Assembly: GCA_001600695.1 (NCBI GenBank)
Contig: BCKQ01000013.1
Coordinates: 188,045 to 252,044 of the forward strand
Direction of reading: 5' to 3'
Origin: Ascoidea asiatica JCM 7603
Taxonomy: Eukaryota; Fungi; Ascomycota
Length of the DNA stretch: 64,000 bases
The position numbers and the translations under genes are program-made. Under the pieces are notes generated by a model, which made no database searches, was not told where the DNA came from, and saw only the letters and a list, made by a program, of their open reading frames with translations. Position 1 is the stretch's first letter. Every line of letters begins with the position of its first letter. Shown here one piece after another: positions 33,666 through 45,439 of this stretch.

Positions 33666-34311
33666 TTCTGTTTATTTATTATATTATATTATATTATATT
33701 ATATTATTCATTAGTTTTATCATAAGTATTTATATTGATTATATATTTTCATAGTAATATTTTTATAAGTAAAATTTTATTCAATTTACACCTTCTTTTA
33801 TTGAAATATTGAAATATTGAAATATTGAAATATTGAAGAAGTCGCTTTTCATTGGCCAGACGGAAAGCAGTGAGATTTGGCGGGAAGCGAGAAAATGAGA
33901 AGAAACAGAAACAGAAACACTTTCTCTTGTCTGTTGTCTGTTGGAGAGTGATACAATTATGGTTATAAAGATGGTTGTATTGATGGTTATAATGATGGTT
34001 GTAAAGATAGTTGTGGGTAGAGATGGAGATGAAGAGATGGTGTTGTTGGAGTTGGTGCTTTTTGTTGTTTGTTTTTTGGTTTTGTGTTGGGTGGCGTGCA
34101 GACCCCTTTTACTCCAGGGGTTGGGAGAGGAACAAGGGCCGGACCTCTGTTCGGGGGTTTGGCCATTTAAACCTTCTTTTTTTTTAATTCAATGCAATCG
34201 AAACTGGCACTGGAAATAATTGAATAATGAAGGAGTGAATAATGGAGGAGTGAAGGAGTGGAGGATGAAGGAAGCTATTTATAATACATTCTATATTCTA
34301 TTTCTAATTAA

Positions 34312-35646
34312 ATGAGTGGTAGAAGAGTGGTGGTTACTGGTCTTGGATTAGTTACTCCATTAGGTGTTGGTGTTAAAACTTCTTGGAATAATTTAATATC
34401 TGGTAAAAGTGGTATAATTTCAACATTAGATTTAGATAATTTATCAGATTTAGAAAAAATTCAATATTCAAAAATTCCAAGTAAAGTTGTTGGTAGAGTA
34501 CCAAGAGGTGATATATCTGAATTTAAATGGAATATTAATAATCATTTAAATTTAATTTCTGATCCAAAAAGATTTGCTTTATTTTCTCAATATGCTTTAA
34601 TTGCAACAAATGAAGCTTTAATTGATTCAAATTGGTTACCAATTAATAATAATTTAAATGAAAATGATTTATTAAATACTGGTGTTTGTGTTGGTTCATG
34701 TATTGGAAGTTTTGAAGATTTATATATAAATTCAATAAATTTTTTTAATAAAGGTTATAAATCTATTAAACCATTATTTATACCAAGATTTTTAAATAAT
34801 ATGGCTTCTGGTGCAATTTCAATAAAATTTGGTTTTAAAGGTCCAATACATTCTGTTTCAACTGCTTGTGCAACTGGTTCAAATTCAATTGGTGATGCTA
34901 TGAGATTTATTAAAGATGATTATTGTGATATAATTATAGCAGGTGCAAGTGAATCTTTAATTCATCCATTAACTTTAGCTGCTTTTTCAAGATCAAAATC
35001 TTTATCAACTAATTTTAATAATAATCCAAAATTAGCTTCAAGACCTTTTGATAAAGATAGAAATGGTTTTGTATTAGGTGAAGGTTCTGGAATTTTAATT
35101 TTAGAAGAATTAAATCATGCTTTAAAAAGAAATGTAAAAAAAATATATGCTGAAATTATTGGTTATGGTTTAAGTGGTGATGGTTATCATATAACTTCAC
35201 CTTCACCAAATGGTAATGGTGCAAAAAGAGCAATGTTATCAGCTTTAAAAAATTCAAATTTATTAAATAATCTTGAAAAAATTAATTATATTAATGCTCA
35301 TGCAACTTCAACAAAATTAGGTGATTATGCAGAAAATTCTGCAATTTATTCAATTTTTAAAAATTATTCAAAAAATATTTTAATCTCAAGTACAAAAAGT
35401 TCAATTGGTCATTTATTAGGTGCTTCAGGTTCTGTTGAATCAATTTTTACAATTTTATCAATTTTTTATGGAATTTTACCTCCAACTTTAAATTTAGAAA
35501 ATATTTCTAATGATGAAAAAAATGAATTTATTTTTAATTATATACCAAAAATTTCAATTAAAAAAAATATAAATTATGCTTTAAATAATAGTTTTGGTTT
35601 TGGTGGTGTTAATGCTTCTTTATGTTTTAAAAAATATATTCCATAA
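34312..35646 (+). CDS. CEM1: Mitochondrial beta-ketoacyl-ACP synthase
   Basis: RRVVVTGLGLVTPLG, STACATG (catalytic Cys), SRPFDKDRNGFVLGEG, NAHATST, KSSIGHLLGASG, NSFGFGGVN. Confidence 0.97.
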   Translation: MSGRRVVVTGLGLVTPLGVGVKTSWNNLISGKSGIISTLDLDNLSDLEKIQYSKIPSKVVGRVPRGDISEFKWNINNHLNLISDPKRFALFSQYALIATNEALIDSNWLPINNNLNENDLLNTGVCVGSCIGSFEDLYINSINFFNKGYKSIKPLFIPRFLNNMASGAISIKFGFKGPIHSVSTACATGSNSIGDAMRFIKDDYCDIIIAGASESLIHPLTLAAFSRSKSLSTNFNNNPKLASRPFDKDRNGFVLGEGSGILILEELNHALKRNVKKIYAEIIGYGLSGDGYHITSPSPNGNGAKRAMLSALKNSNLLNNLEKINYINAHATSTKLGDYAENSAIYSIFKNYSKNILISSTKSSIGHLLGASGSVESIFTILSIFYGILPPTLNLENISNDEKNEFIFNYIPKISIKKNINYALNNSFGFGGVNASLCFKKYIP

Positions 35647-35958
35647 TTACATACTACTTATATTAAAATTATTTAAATAATGTATATATATGAATTTAAA
35701 ATTAATACATTGCTATTACCTATAATAAATTAACACTCAACACTTAAATTAAAAATAAATTAAAAAAAAAGAGAATGAATCTGAGAATACTTGACAAATA
35801 TTTCAATTTCAATTTCAATCAATGATTTAATTTTTTATGAAATTTTAATTTTAATTGCACTTTGATAAAGAAAGATTATAAAAAAAAAAGAATAAAGATG
35901 ATGACAATTATAAACCAAAAGAGATGAAGAAGAAGATGATGATGATGATGATGATTAT

Positions 35959-38100
35959 TTAGCAGTTTTTTGAAACATCTTTCAAGGAGTTTATTTCAGC
36001 TTTCAATTCTTGAATTTCATCTGTGAAAGTTTTAGATAAATTATTGATTGTAAAAGCAAGATTTGAAACAACTTCTTCAAGTTTAATAACTTTTTCATTT
36101 GCTATTAAAGAGTAATCTACTGGATTTATTGGAAAAGTTTGTGTTTGAGGATTAAATTTTTGAAAAATTTGATTTTGATTTTGATTATTATTAAAATATA
36201 CTGGAGGTATTTGTACTCCTAATCCATGAATTGGAGGTGACTGATTTGAAGTTCCTCGAATTGGAGGTATTTGAACTGGAGAATTTTGAACAGGTTGTTG
36301 TTGTTGTTGTTGTTGTTGTTGAAGTGGTGGTAAAGGTTGACCATATAAATTTAACATTGGAGAAGTAGAATTTTGATATGATTGTAGATATTGTATTTGT
36401 TTAATTTGAAGCATTTTCGGTATTTGTTGAAATTGAGGAGTTCTGGAAGTAGGAAGAACTTCAATAGTAGATAATGTTTGTGATAAATCTGTTTCTGAAG
36501 GTATTTCTTGATTTTGAGATATTTGTTGAATATCAATTCCTGGTGGATGAAATTGAGAAATTTTAAATTCATTTTTATTTTCTTTTGGACTAACTTTTGT
36601 TAAACGATTAGATTTATTTTTTGAAATTATTGGATTAATTGAAAATTTTTTATATTTAGGTTTATAAGGTATAAAAAGTCTACCAGCAGGTTTATTAGAT
36701 TTAAAAGATTTATTAATATCTTTATTTAAATTTTCATCATTACTATCATTACTATCATTATTAGTATTATCAAAATTTAAATCTTTATTATAATTAATTG
36801 AAGGTTCAATAATTGAAATAGGATTTATGTGTGAAATTTCAGAATTAGAAGAATTTTCATTTTCTAATGCTTTCAAAGCTGTATTTATAATATCTTTATT
36901 TTCTTTATTTTCTTTATTTTCTTTATTATCTCTTTCATCTTTATTTTCATTTGTAATGTTGTCATTAGATTTATCTACATTTTTATCTACATTTTTATCT
37001 ACATTTTTATTTTTATTTATCTTTAATATATTATCAATTTCAGAATAATTATTAATATTTTCTTTAGTTATTTTTATATCATCAGTAGTATTATTAATTT
37101 CATTCTTTTGATTGATTTCATTACTAATAAATTTTGATTTTTTTTTATTTGAATTTTCTTTAATTTGATCTATTTCCATATCATTTTCAATTAAATTTTG
37201 AATTTTATTTTCTTTTTTTGATATTACAGATGATAAATTATCAAATTTTCTTTTATTATTTATAAAATTATTATTATCATGATTATTATTATTATTATTA
37301 TTATTTTTATCAAGTTCATCAATTAGGATCTTATAAGGATTTTTTTCTGTAAGATTTTTATAATCATTGAAAATTTCTTTAGTAATTTTATGAATTTCAT
37401 TAATGATATTATCATTGATATTATCATTGTCATTATTATTATTATTATTATTATTATCATTATTAATATTCAGATTTTGAATATTTAAAAAACAATTATG
37501 AATCTCAAGTTTAATTTTTTTAATAATTGATTGTAAATTAATAAATTTATTTGAATTAATTATTGAAAATTGATTAAAATGATTATTAAATTCAAATATT
37601 ATTGATTTATAAGATTCAAATACATCATTTTCATTTTTATTTAATTTATATGGTTTAAATTTTAAAAATAATTTTAAAAAATATAATCTTTCTGAATTTG
37701 AATTTATTATAAAAGATAATTTATAATTATTTATTATTTCTTTATCATTTATAGATAATTGATCATGTTTATTTAAAATTGATTTCAATGGATTAATTAA
37801 TGTTGATTTAACAATTGGAGATATTGATTTATTTGAGGAGATGAATTGTAATTTACCTTTATTTTCAATTATATTTTCATGATTACTATTTATAAATGCA
37901 TGATTTAAATTCACATTTGGAGTATTATTAGAATTAGAATGAGGTATGTAACTTGAACTGCTATTACTATTACTATTACTATTGTTATTATTATTGTTAT
38001 TGTTATTGGAAATGAATCTTCTATGGTTTGCTCTATCGTTTATTGAGAAAGTAAATAATCTATCACTTAAGAACTTATTAGTGCTGCTATTAGTAACCAT
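35959..38100 (-). CDS. Hypothetical low-complexity protein with Q/P-rich region and C-terminal coiled coil
   Basis: Likely start is ATG 38100 (MVTNSSTNKF). The track's extension to 38427 starts at GTG and crosses a GC-rich promoter island and microsatellites. Confidence 0.7.
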   Translation of the reverse strand: MVTNSSTNKFLSDRLFTFSINDRANHRRFISNNNNNNNNNSNSNSNSSSSYIPHSNSNNTPNVNLNHAFINSNHENIIENKGKLQFISSNKSISPIVKSTLINPLKSILNKHDQLSINDKEIINNYKLSFIINSNSERLYFLKLFLKFKPYKLNKNENDVFESYKSIIFEFNNHFNQFSIINSNKFINLQSIIKKIKLEIHNCFLNIQNLNINNDNNNNNNNNDNDNINDNIINEIHKITKEIFNDYKNLTEKNPYKILIDELDKNNNNNNNNHDNNNFINNKRKFDNLSSVISKKENKIQNLIENDMEIDQIKENSNKKKSKFISNEINQKNEINNTTDDIKITKENINNYSEIDNILKINKNKNVDKNVDKNVDKSNDNITNENKDERDNKENKENKENKDIINTALKALENENSSNSEISHINPISIIEPSINYNKDLNFDNTNNDSNDSNDENLNKDINKSFKSNKPAGRLFIPYKPKYKKFSINPIISKNKSNRLTKVSPKENKNEFKISQFHPPGIDIQQISQNQEIPSETDLSQTLSTIEVLPTSRTPQFQQIPKMLQIKQIQYLQSYQNSTSPMLNLYGQPLPPLQQQQQQQQQPVQNSPVQIPPIRGTSNQSPPIHGLGVQIPPVYFNNNQNQNQIFQKFNPQTQTFPINPVDYSLIANEKVIKLEEVVSNLAFTINNLSKTFTDEIQELKAEINSLKDVSKNC

Positions 38101-38404
38101 GATTCCAAGATGCTGATGACGATGCTGATGCTGATGCTGATGAAGAAGAAGAAGAAGAAGACAACAGTGATGATTGAGAAGAAGACCCTTTAATTTGAAT
38201 TGCAATTGCAGCTTTTCTCTTCTTTCTGCTGCTGCTCCAGCTCCAGCTTCTTCAAATTCTCGTTTCTGGGCTTTGCTCGGCTTCAGCAGCGGCCCAAAGA
38301 GGAATTGCCTGAAGGGGAATTGCCCGAAGAGGAGTGGCGTGTGTTTATGTAGATAGCAGCATGTAAGCACAGCACCTGTGTGAGGTGATACACACGTTTG
38401 CATA

Positions 38405-38439
38405 TTACCCAAACGGGCAGTGGTCACCCAAATAGGCAG
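38405..38439. promoter_or_regulatory. Tandem Mcm1-like (CC-N6-GG) sites
   Basis: TTACCCAAACGGGCAG and TCACCCAAATAGGCAG, 19 bp apart, in a divergent promoter. Confidence 0.5.
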
Positions 38440-38665
38440 TATCCAATTGCAATTTTCTTGTTAACCAAACAAAACAAAGCAAATGAACTTTTTGAAGTGA
38501 AAATAATAAAAAAAAGTATAAGAATAAGAATAATAAAAGAATAAGAATAATGATGATAATTGAGAAGAAACTTCTTTTATTCAGTGAGAATTATAAGAAT
38601 AATAATAAGAAATAGAAATAAAATATATAATAAAGATAGTCAAGGATAGTTTAAAGAATAGAAAA

Positions 38666-39864
38666 ATGTTTAAAAAATGTATTACTTCAACTTATTTAGG
38701 TCCAATTACTAAAATTAAATCAAATTTTAATTTAACTAATAATCAGATTAAAAGAAATATTAATATTTATAATTCCATTAATTTAAAAAGTAATTTAAAA
38801 AGTAATTTACAATCAAATTTAATTTTAAATTCTTTTATAAGATTCAATTCAAATATTTCTTCAAATAAAAATAATGAATTTGAAAAATTAAAAATTGGTT
38901 CAAATTTACCAAATTTATCATTATCTATATTACCAATTACAAATTATTTAAAAAATCAAAAAAATGAATCAAAAAAATTAAATTTAATTAATTATTTAAA
39001 TTCAGAAATTTCAAATAATTTAATAAATAATAATTTTAAAAAAGATCCAATTGAATTTTTTATAAAATCAGAAATTTTAAAAGAAATTAAATTAAATAAT
39101 GAATTACCAAAATTAATTATATATATATTTGAATTAAAAAATAAAAATTTATTAATTGAATCTTTAGAATCTTATAAAATTATTGAAAATTTTTTAAATA
39201 ATTTTAATATTAAATTCTTAGCTATTACTAAAATTAATAAATTTAATGAAAAAATTAATGAAAATAATGAAAATGAAGAAAATGAAGAAAATGAAGAAAT
39301 TTTATTAGAAATTTCAAAATTAAATTTAAATTTTCCAATTTTAAATGATTCAAAAAATTTATTTATTAAAAAATTAGATACAATTGAAAATAAATTAATT
39401 GATTCAAATAATTTTGGTAAAAATTTAATTTTAATTAATAAAAATTTTAAAATTATTCAAATTAATTCTTATGATTTTAATAAATATATTCATTTACCAG
39501 AATTATTAACAACAATATATTCAACAATAGTAATAAATTTAAAAATTAATTATCCAATTTTTTATAAAGATTCTATATTTAATACAGATAATTTTTTAAA
39601 AAAAAATTATCATCCATTAAATGGTAATTCTGGTTTTACAAAATCTTTAAATGATAATAAAATTGGTAATATAAATGAAGTTGGTTATAAATTAGGTTTT
39701 CAAACTGGTAGATTTTTTATATTTTTTTTAATTTCTTTAGTTTTTTTAGAAATTATTGATTTTATTTTTGTTTTAAATAATAAAGATCTTATAAAACAAA
39801 AACAAGAAGAACGTGAGAAATTGATGAAAAATAAGAAAAATCAAAATATAAATAATACTACTAG

Positions 39865-39898
<34 letters not shown>

Positions 39899-40033
39899 GA
39901 TAATTATAATGAATATAAAGATAAAGATAAAGATGAATTTGGATTTTCAAATGAATTTAATGGAAATTCTTTAGATAATAATCAAGAAAATTATGATTAT
40001 GATAGATATAATAATAATAATATAAGTAAATAA
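38666..40033 (+). CDS. Putative mitochondrial membrane protein with a degenerate peroxiredoxin (AhpC/TSA) fold
   Basis: Presequence ending IRFNS; LKIGSNLPNLSL; LIIYIF; NIKFLAIT; LNFPILNDSKNLFIKKL; KNLILINKNFKI..INSY...LPELLTTIYS; TM segment FFIFFLISLVFLEIIDFIFVL. Confidence 0.6.
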
Positions 40034-40204
40034 GTAAATAAGAATAGATATTATTTATTTTTATTTTATAAAAAAGAGATGAATAAGTTAATAAGTAAAT
40101 AAATGAAATCAAAGAGATGAAGAATAAAATGTAATAATATAATAAGAGAGATAAAGTATAAAGTAAATAAAATCATAAATGAAGTAAAAATATAAGATAA
40201 AATA

Positions 40205-40930
40205 TTAAAAGGATAATTTATTTAGATTAAGATTAAGAGAATGAAATTGAATTCTTAATCTATAAGTTGAAGGTAATTTTGGAATTATACCAATTAAACA
40301 TAAAATTGAATTAATTATAAAAAATTTTAAATTATAATTAGCATAATGAGTTGAAATTAAGAATAATGAAAATGGAACTAAATATAAAAATTTTTTATTT
40401 TTTGATAATGAAAATTCACCATTATTATTAATATCAATATCAATTTGTTCCCACATTGTTAAATTATCAAAAACTCCATTATTATTTAAACAATTTTGAA
40501 AAGGAGTACCTTTAATTTGATGAAACATAATATATGAACCAATGATATAAATAAAATTTGTTGAAGTCCAAGATAATTGAATTTTTAAAGAATCAGATAA
40601 ATAAAATTTTGGAATTAAATTAAAAAATAAAGTAAAAATTAATTTTAATAAAATTAAAATAACAATATGAATACACCAAGCACCTTTTGAATCAATCCAA
40701 CTTACATTTAAATTTATTAAAGAATTTTGATCATTTAATTCATCTAAAGATTCTAATTCTAAATGAGATATTGAAATTAATGAAGATGATCTTTTTCTAT
40801 TTTTTGAAAAATTATTTAAATTATTTGAACCTATAGTATCTAAATTATTTATATCATTCATACTTGTTATACTATTTCTATGAGAATGTTTGATATTATT
40901 AAACATTTTATCATTATTAATTGAATTCAT
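40205..40930 (-). CDS. ORM1: ORMDL-family sphingolipid homeostasis protein (Orm1/Orm2)
   Basis: RKRSSSLISISH, DQNSLINLNVSW...KGAW.IH, YIMFHQIKGTPF, FDNLTMWEQID, LISTHY, PKLP; start reassigned to ATG 40930 (track start is TTG). Confidence 0.9.
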   Translation of the reverse strand: MNSINNDKMFNNIKHSHRNSITSMNDINNLDTIGSNNLNNFSKNRKRSSSLISISHLELESLDELNDQNSLINLNVSWIDSKGAWCIHIVILILLKLIFTLFFNLIPKFYLSDSLKIQLSWTSTNFIYIIGSYIMFHQIKGTPFQNCLNNNGVFDNLTMWEQIDIDINNNGEFSLSKNKKFLYLVPFSLFLISTHYANYNLKFFIINSILCLIGIIPKLPSTYRLRIQFHSLNLNLNKLSF

Positions 40931-41590
40931 TTTATAAATATTAGTAAGTTTGAAATTTGAAGTTTGAATTTGAATATAAATTTGATTTAAAGAAGACAAT
41001 TAAACCTATTTATATTGAAATTAGTTTTTTAATTTTGATAAATAATTGAGAATATAATTTATTTAAGATAAATTAAATCAGTATAATTAACAGTTGATTT
41101 ATAATAGAATATTAGTTGAGTTTTAATGACAAAGAATAGAGAAATGGAAAATAAGAGAATAAGAAAGAGAAGTTATCGTATTGATATTGAATCACTTAAG
41201 GGATATGAATTTGGATATCCTTTAGAATAGATAGATATAGATTGATATATAGATATAGATAGAAAGATAGAAAGATAGATATAGAAATATAAAGAGAGTC
41301 TGTATTAAAATATGAAGTTGTAAATAATGACAGAATATTCTTTGTATTTATACTCCATCCAGTAAATATTTAGATTCAGAGCTTAAAAAATATTATTTTT
41401 GAATTTGATTTGGATTTGATTTGAGTTGATTTGAGTTCATTTGCATTTTAAAATTCACCGCCACTTTTATTCACTCACAAACAGATCCTGCCACGGTGGC
41501 GGATGCGGTGTCACGCGGATAGACGGTTCCAGAAAGAAAAGAAAAGAATCTGTCACATGCAAATTTAAGAAAAATAAAATAAAAAAAAAG

Positions 41591-41640
41591 AAGAAGCACC
41601 AGGTTCATGGTCTCTCAGTCGGATCCGCAGAGCTGGTGTA
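41591..41640 (+). promoter_or_regulatory. Two motif copies in the ORM / 41933-ORF divergent promoter
   Basis: AAGAAGCACC-aggttcat-GGTCTC and GGATCC-gcagagct-GGTGTA, 26 bp apart. Confidence 0.7.
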
Positions 41641-41932
41641 TGCATGGTCATGTTTGTACTACATTGAGTGCCGTCAAGCAGCGTCGTATTGACTTACGGT
41701 GCGTACTTCCTGATTTGGAGTTACGGTCAATTCTGGTAAAATCACATGCCCTCCGAGGGTGTTTAACCCCCCGGTGTTTGACTTTATTTTTTCTGTTGAC
41801 TTTTGATTGTTGACTTTGGTGGATTTGAATTCAAAAATATTTAATTTAGTTGATTCAATATCAATTCATTACTTTTATTCACCTCAAATTCATTCACATA
41901 ATACACAAGTACACAAGTACATAAGTACAATA

Positions 41933-42898
41933 ATGGTATTGCATAACTCAAAATGGGATAAAAAAGCTAAGAAACAATATCTTCGAAAACATAAAATATT
42001 AGAATCTGAAGAAAATGGTGAACAATCAAATTCAACAATTAAATTAAATAAACATAAAAATAATAATAATAATAATAATAATAGAAACAATAAGTTTGAG
42101 AATATAATTAACTCAAAGGAATCTTCATTGAAAACTTCAACTTTTGATCAAACTACTAATGAATTTGAAGAATTTTTAATACCGGAACAAAATCGTCCAT
42201 TACTTGAAAATTTGAATATATCTTCAAATATAAATGATAATGAAGAATTTATAAATTATGTAAAATTATCAAAAACAAAATTAAAAGAAAATAATTTAAA
42301 TTCATTATTAGATAATAAAATTAATAAAAATTTAAAAGATGAAAATAATTTAAATAAATTATCTTTTTCAAAATTAAGAGAAATTTCAAATATTAATAAT
42401 ATTAATAATAATAATATCAAAGTTAATAATAATAATAATGATAATAATAAAAAAAATGAAATAATTTTTAAAAATAGAAATGATTTATTATCTAAAATTG
42501 ATCAAGATTTAATTAATAAAAAAATTGAAAAACAAAAATTTATAAAAAATTTACGTGAAAAATATCAAAATAATAATATTAATAATAGTAGTAATATAAT
42601 AAAATTAAATTTTAATAATTCTTTAATTGAAAAACAAAATTATTTTAATCAATTAGAAAAAAAAAAAGAAGATGATTATATAAATAATATTCTTTCAAAT
42701 TCTTTAAATAATATTAATATTAATAATAAATCAAATTTTGAATTAGATTTAAATGAATTATTATTATCAAATAATCAAAGTAATAATCAAAGTAATAATA
42801 ATAATATAGAATTAAGTAAATATAATGAAAAAAGTGAAAAAAATAAAGTTGAAAATCAAAATAATTTCTTAGATTCTTTACTTAATGATAATTTATAA
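41933..42898 (+). CDS. Uncharacterised protein
   Basis: Start reassigned to ATG 41933 (MVLHNSKWDKKAKKQYLRKH); basic N-terminus and a C-terminal FLDSLL motif. Confidence 0.7.
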   Translation: MVLHNSKWDKKAKKQYLRKHKILESEENGEQSNSTIKLNKHKNNNNNNNNRNNKFENIINSKESSLKTSTFDQTTNEFEEFLIPEQNRPLLENLNISSNINDNEEFINYVKLSKTKLKENNLNSLLDNKINKNLKDENNLNKLSFSKLREISNINNINNNNIKVNNNNNDNNKKNEIIFKNRNDLLSKIDQDLINKKIEKQKFIKNLREKYQNNNINNSSNIIKLNFNNSLIEKQNYFNQLEKKKEDDYINNILSNSLNNININNKSNFELDLNELLLSNNQSNNQSNNNNIELSKYNEKSEKNKVENQNNFLDSLLNDNL

Positions 42899-42917
42899 TA
42901 TATTATTTTATTTTCAA

Positions 42918-43694
42918 TTAACAAAATTTCTTAAAACAAACTTGTAAGATTTTTAAAATAATATTATTAACCTCATCATTATTGTTATTACCATTATTAT
43001 TATTATTTTGTTGTTGTTGTTGTTGATATGGAGTATTGGGTTTATTGTAATTATTAATATTATTAGAAGTATTAACATTAGTATTATCTCCAAAATATTT
43101 ATAATCATAATTTCTTGAAGTTATAGTATTAATATCATTAGCATTAATATTAGTAATATCAATAATTAAAACTCCAGAATTTTTTGGATTTAAATAATAA
43201 GAAATATTTAAATCTTTACAAAATTTTTCAATTTCTGGTTTAATTTTATTTATATTATTTTTTGAATGTTTACCTTTTCCAATAATAATTTTAAAATTAT
43301 TATCAATATCATTTTGAAAACCATTTAAAATTTCAAATTTTATTCTTTTTTTAATAAATATTAAACTTTCTTTAATATATAAACCATGTAAATCAATTTC
43401 ATTAATTTTACTATCATTATTATTTTTTATAAAAACATAATTTGCAGCTTCTTCATTTTTTAATTTACTTAAATTTGAAAATTCTTTAGCTTTTAATTTA
43501 TTTCCATTTTTAAATAAATTTTGAGATTTTTTTGATAATTTTCTTGCATCATTTCTTAAAATTTTATATTTTTCATCATTTGAATGATTATAAAATTTAT
43601 TTTTATTATTATTATTATAATTTTCAACTTCTTTAGGATCATCATCTTCTCCCAAATAAAAACCTGTTTCACCACCATAGTACTCTTCACTCAT
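42918..43694 (-). CDS. DUF1771 + Smr domain protein (Ypl199c-like)
   Basis: LRNDA..SQNLFKNGNK.KAKEFS..EEAANYVF..NN..EIDLHGLYIKE..IIIGKGKHS..KIKP..NSGVLII. Confidence 0.88.
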   Translation of the reverse strand: MSEEYYGGETGFYLGEDDDPKEVENYNNNNKNKFYNHSNDEKYKILRNDARKLSKKSQNLFKNGNKLKAKEFSNLSKLKNEEAANYVFIKNNNDSKINEIDLHGLYIKESLIFIKKRIKFEILNGFQNDIDNNFKIIIGKGKHSKNNINKIKPEIEKFCKDLNISYYLNPKNSGVLIIDITNINANDINTITSRNYDYKYFGDNTNVNTSNNINNYNKPNTPYQQQQQQNNNNNGNNNNDEVNNIILKILQVCFKKFC

Positions 43695-43740
43695 TTCAAA
43701 TAAACCAAATATAATAATAACTAATATTTCACACTAAATC

Positions 43741-43890
43741 AAATCAAATGAATGACTAATTTGAATAACAATCCTTCAATAGTATTAGAAAATGAAAGAG
43801 AAGAACTAAATAAAAGCAAGACCATCTCAGACCATCTCAGACCTTCTCAGACCTTCTCAGACCTTCTTTGATCTTCTTGCCCGTGGTGAT
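43741..43890. repeat. Composite dispersed repeat: 43754-43808 resembles 12133-12197 (direct); five 10-bp AGACC[A/T]TCTC-type units; 43871-43890 equals 21729-21748 (inverted)
   Basis: GACTAATTTGAAT..AATC....A.AGTATTAGAAAATGAAAGAGAA shared with 12133 onward; exact 20-mer shared with 21729. Confidence 0.8.
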
Positions 43891-44242
43891 TGTGAAGTTG
43901 AGTGTCTTCTCTCCACGCCACCCACTTTCCACTTTCCTTTTTTTAATAACTCGGCTAGTGGTTACTGAGCCGCATTTGCTTTAAATAAGCAATAAAGGCT
44001 GGACTTGTGGCTGTGTGTAGATCTCGTTCCTTCATTTCCATTTCCATTTCCATTTCTATTCCAATTTCAGATCTTCTTCTTGCTTTTGTTGTTTCTTCTT
44101 TTGAATCTTCTTTTGAATCTTCCTTTGCTTGTTCAAAAGTCACTAAGAAGTATCAAGTAATTGGTAAGAAGTAGGAAGTAAGAACTAGGAAGCAAGAAGT
44201 AGAAGGTGATAGATAGTAGATAATAGATAATAGAATAAAATA

Positions 44243-44740
44243 ATGGTTAATTCAATTCATATAAATAATAGAAATAAAAATAAAAGAGAATCAAGAAGAG
44301 AATCAAGAAGAGAATCAAGAAGATTTACAAATAATAATAATAATATTAATGTTTCTTTTAAATTGAATAATGATGAAATTAATCCTTCTTTAATAATTAA
44401 AATTATTTATAATCCAAATAATACTTTATTTAAAGATATAATGGATTCTAAAGATTCTAAAGATTCTAAAGATACTAAAGATACTAAAGATATTAAAGAT
44501 GGAAAGGATAATATAAAGAGTATTAATATAAAGAATAATAATATAAGAATAACAAGATCAAGATCAAATTCAACTTTACCTATTCCTTTTAAAGATTCAA
44601 TTAATAAAGAATTAACTATTAATGAATCTAAAGAACCTAAAGAACCTAAAGAATCTGAAGAAATAAATAATATTGATATTGATATAATTGGTGAAATTGG
44701 TATAACTGGTTTTCCATTAAGTACTTGTCCTCCAATAAAT

Positions 44741-44805
<65 letters not shown>

Positions 44806-45407
44806 CGCTGATACTTTAAATTTAAATAATTTAAATAATTTAAAAGAATTAAATTTTAAAAAAAATTTAAAAACTAAAAATTCAAAAAAATTAACTAAAA
44901 TTTCAAATTTAAGATATTCTCAATCAAATAATTTATTACCAATAAAAAAATTATTTCATGAAAATTTTCAAAATGATTATTTAAATAATTATGTTATTAA
45001 AAATTTTATAAAAAATGAATTTACTTTATTAGATAAATATTCTCATCTTAATGATAAATCAAATAATAAATCCTCTAATAATAAAGATAATGATGATTTT
45101 TGTTCAGTTTGTGGTGAACCTGGTTATTTTATATGTTGTGAAAATTGTCCAAAATCTTTTCATTTTACTTGTTGTTATCCACCTTATGATAAAAATTCTT
45201 TACCAAAAGGTATTTGGTATTGTAAAGAATGTAAAATTAAAAAAATTTCTATTCAAAATTTAAATAATTTATATTTTAAAAATTTTAATAAATTTGGTGG
45301 AATTTTTAAAAATTTATTAATTAATATTGAAAAAATTAATCCAATAAATTTTAATTTACCAAAAAAATTATTATCTTCTTTTAAAGATATTAATATTATT
45401 AATAATG

Positions 45408-45439
<32 letters not shown>

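Noticed and set aside
38101-38427. N-terminal extension of the 822-aa ORF
   Set aside because: GTG start; runs through the promoter island, Mcm1-like sites and microsatellites; ATG 38100 is more plausible
44743-44803. Poly-Asn (AAT)n tracts and tri/tetrapeptide repeats as functional or prion domains
   Set aside because: Present in nearly every gene in the window; best explained by genome-wide slippage and AT bias
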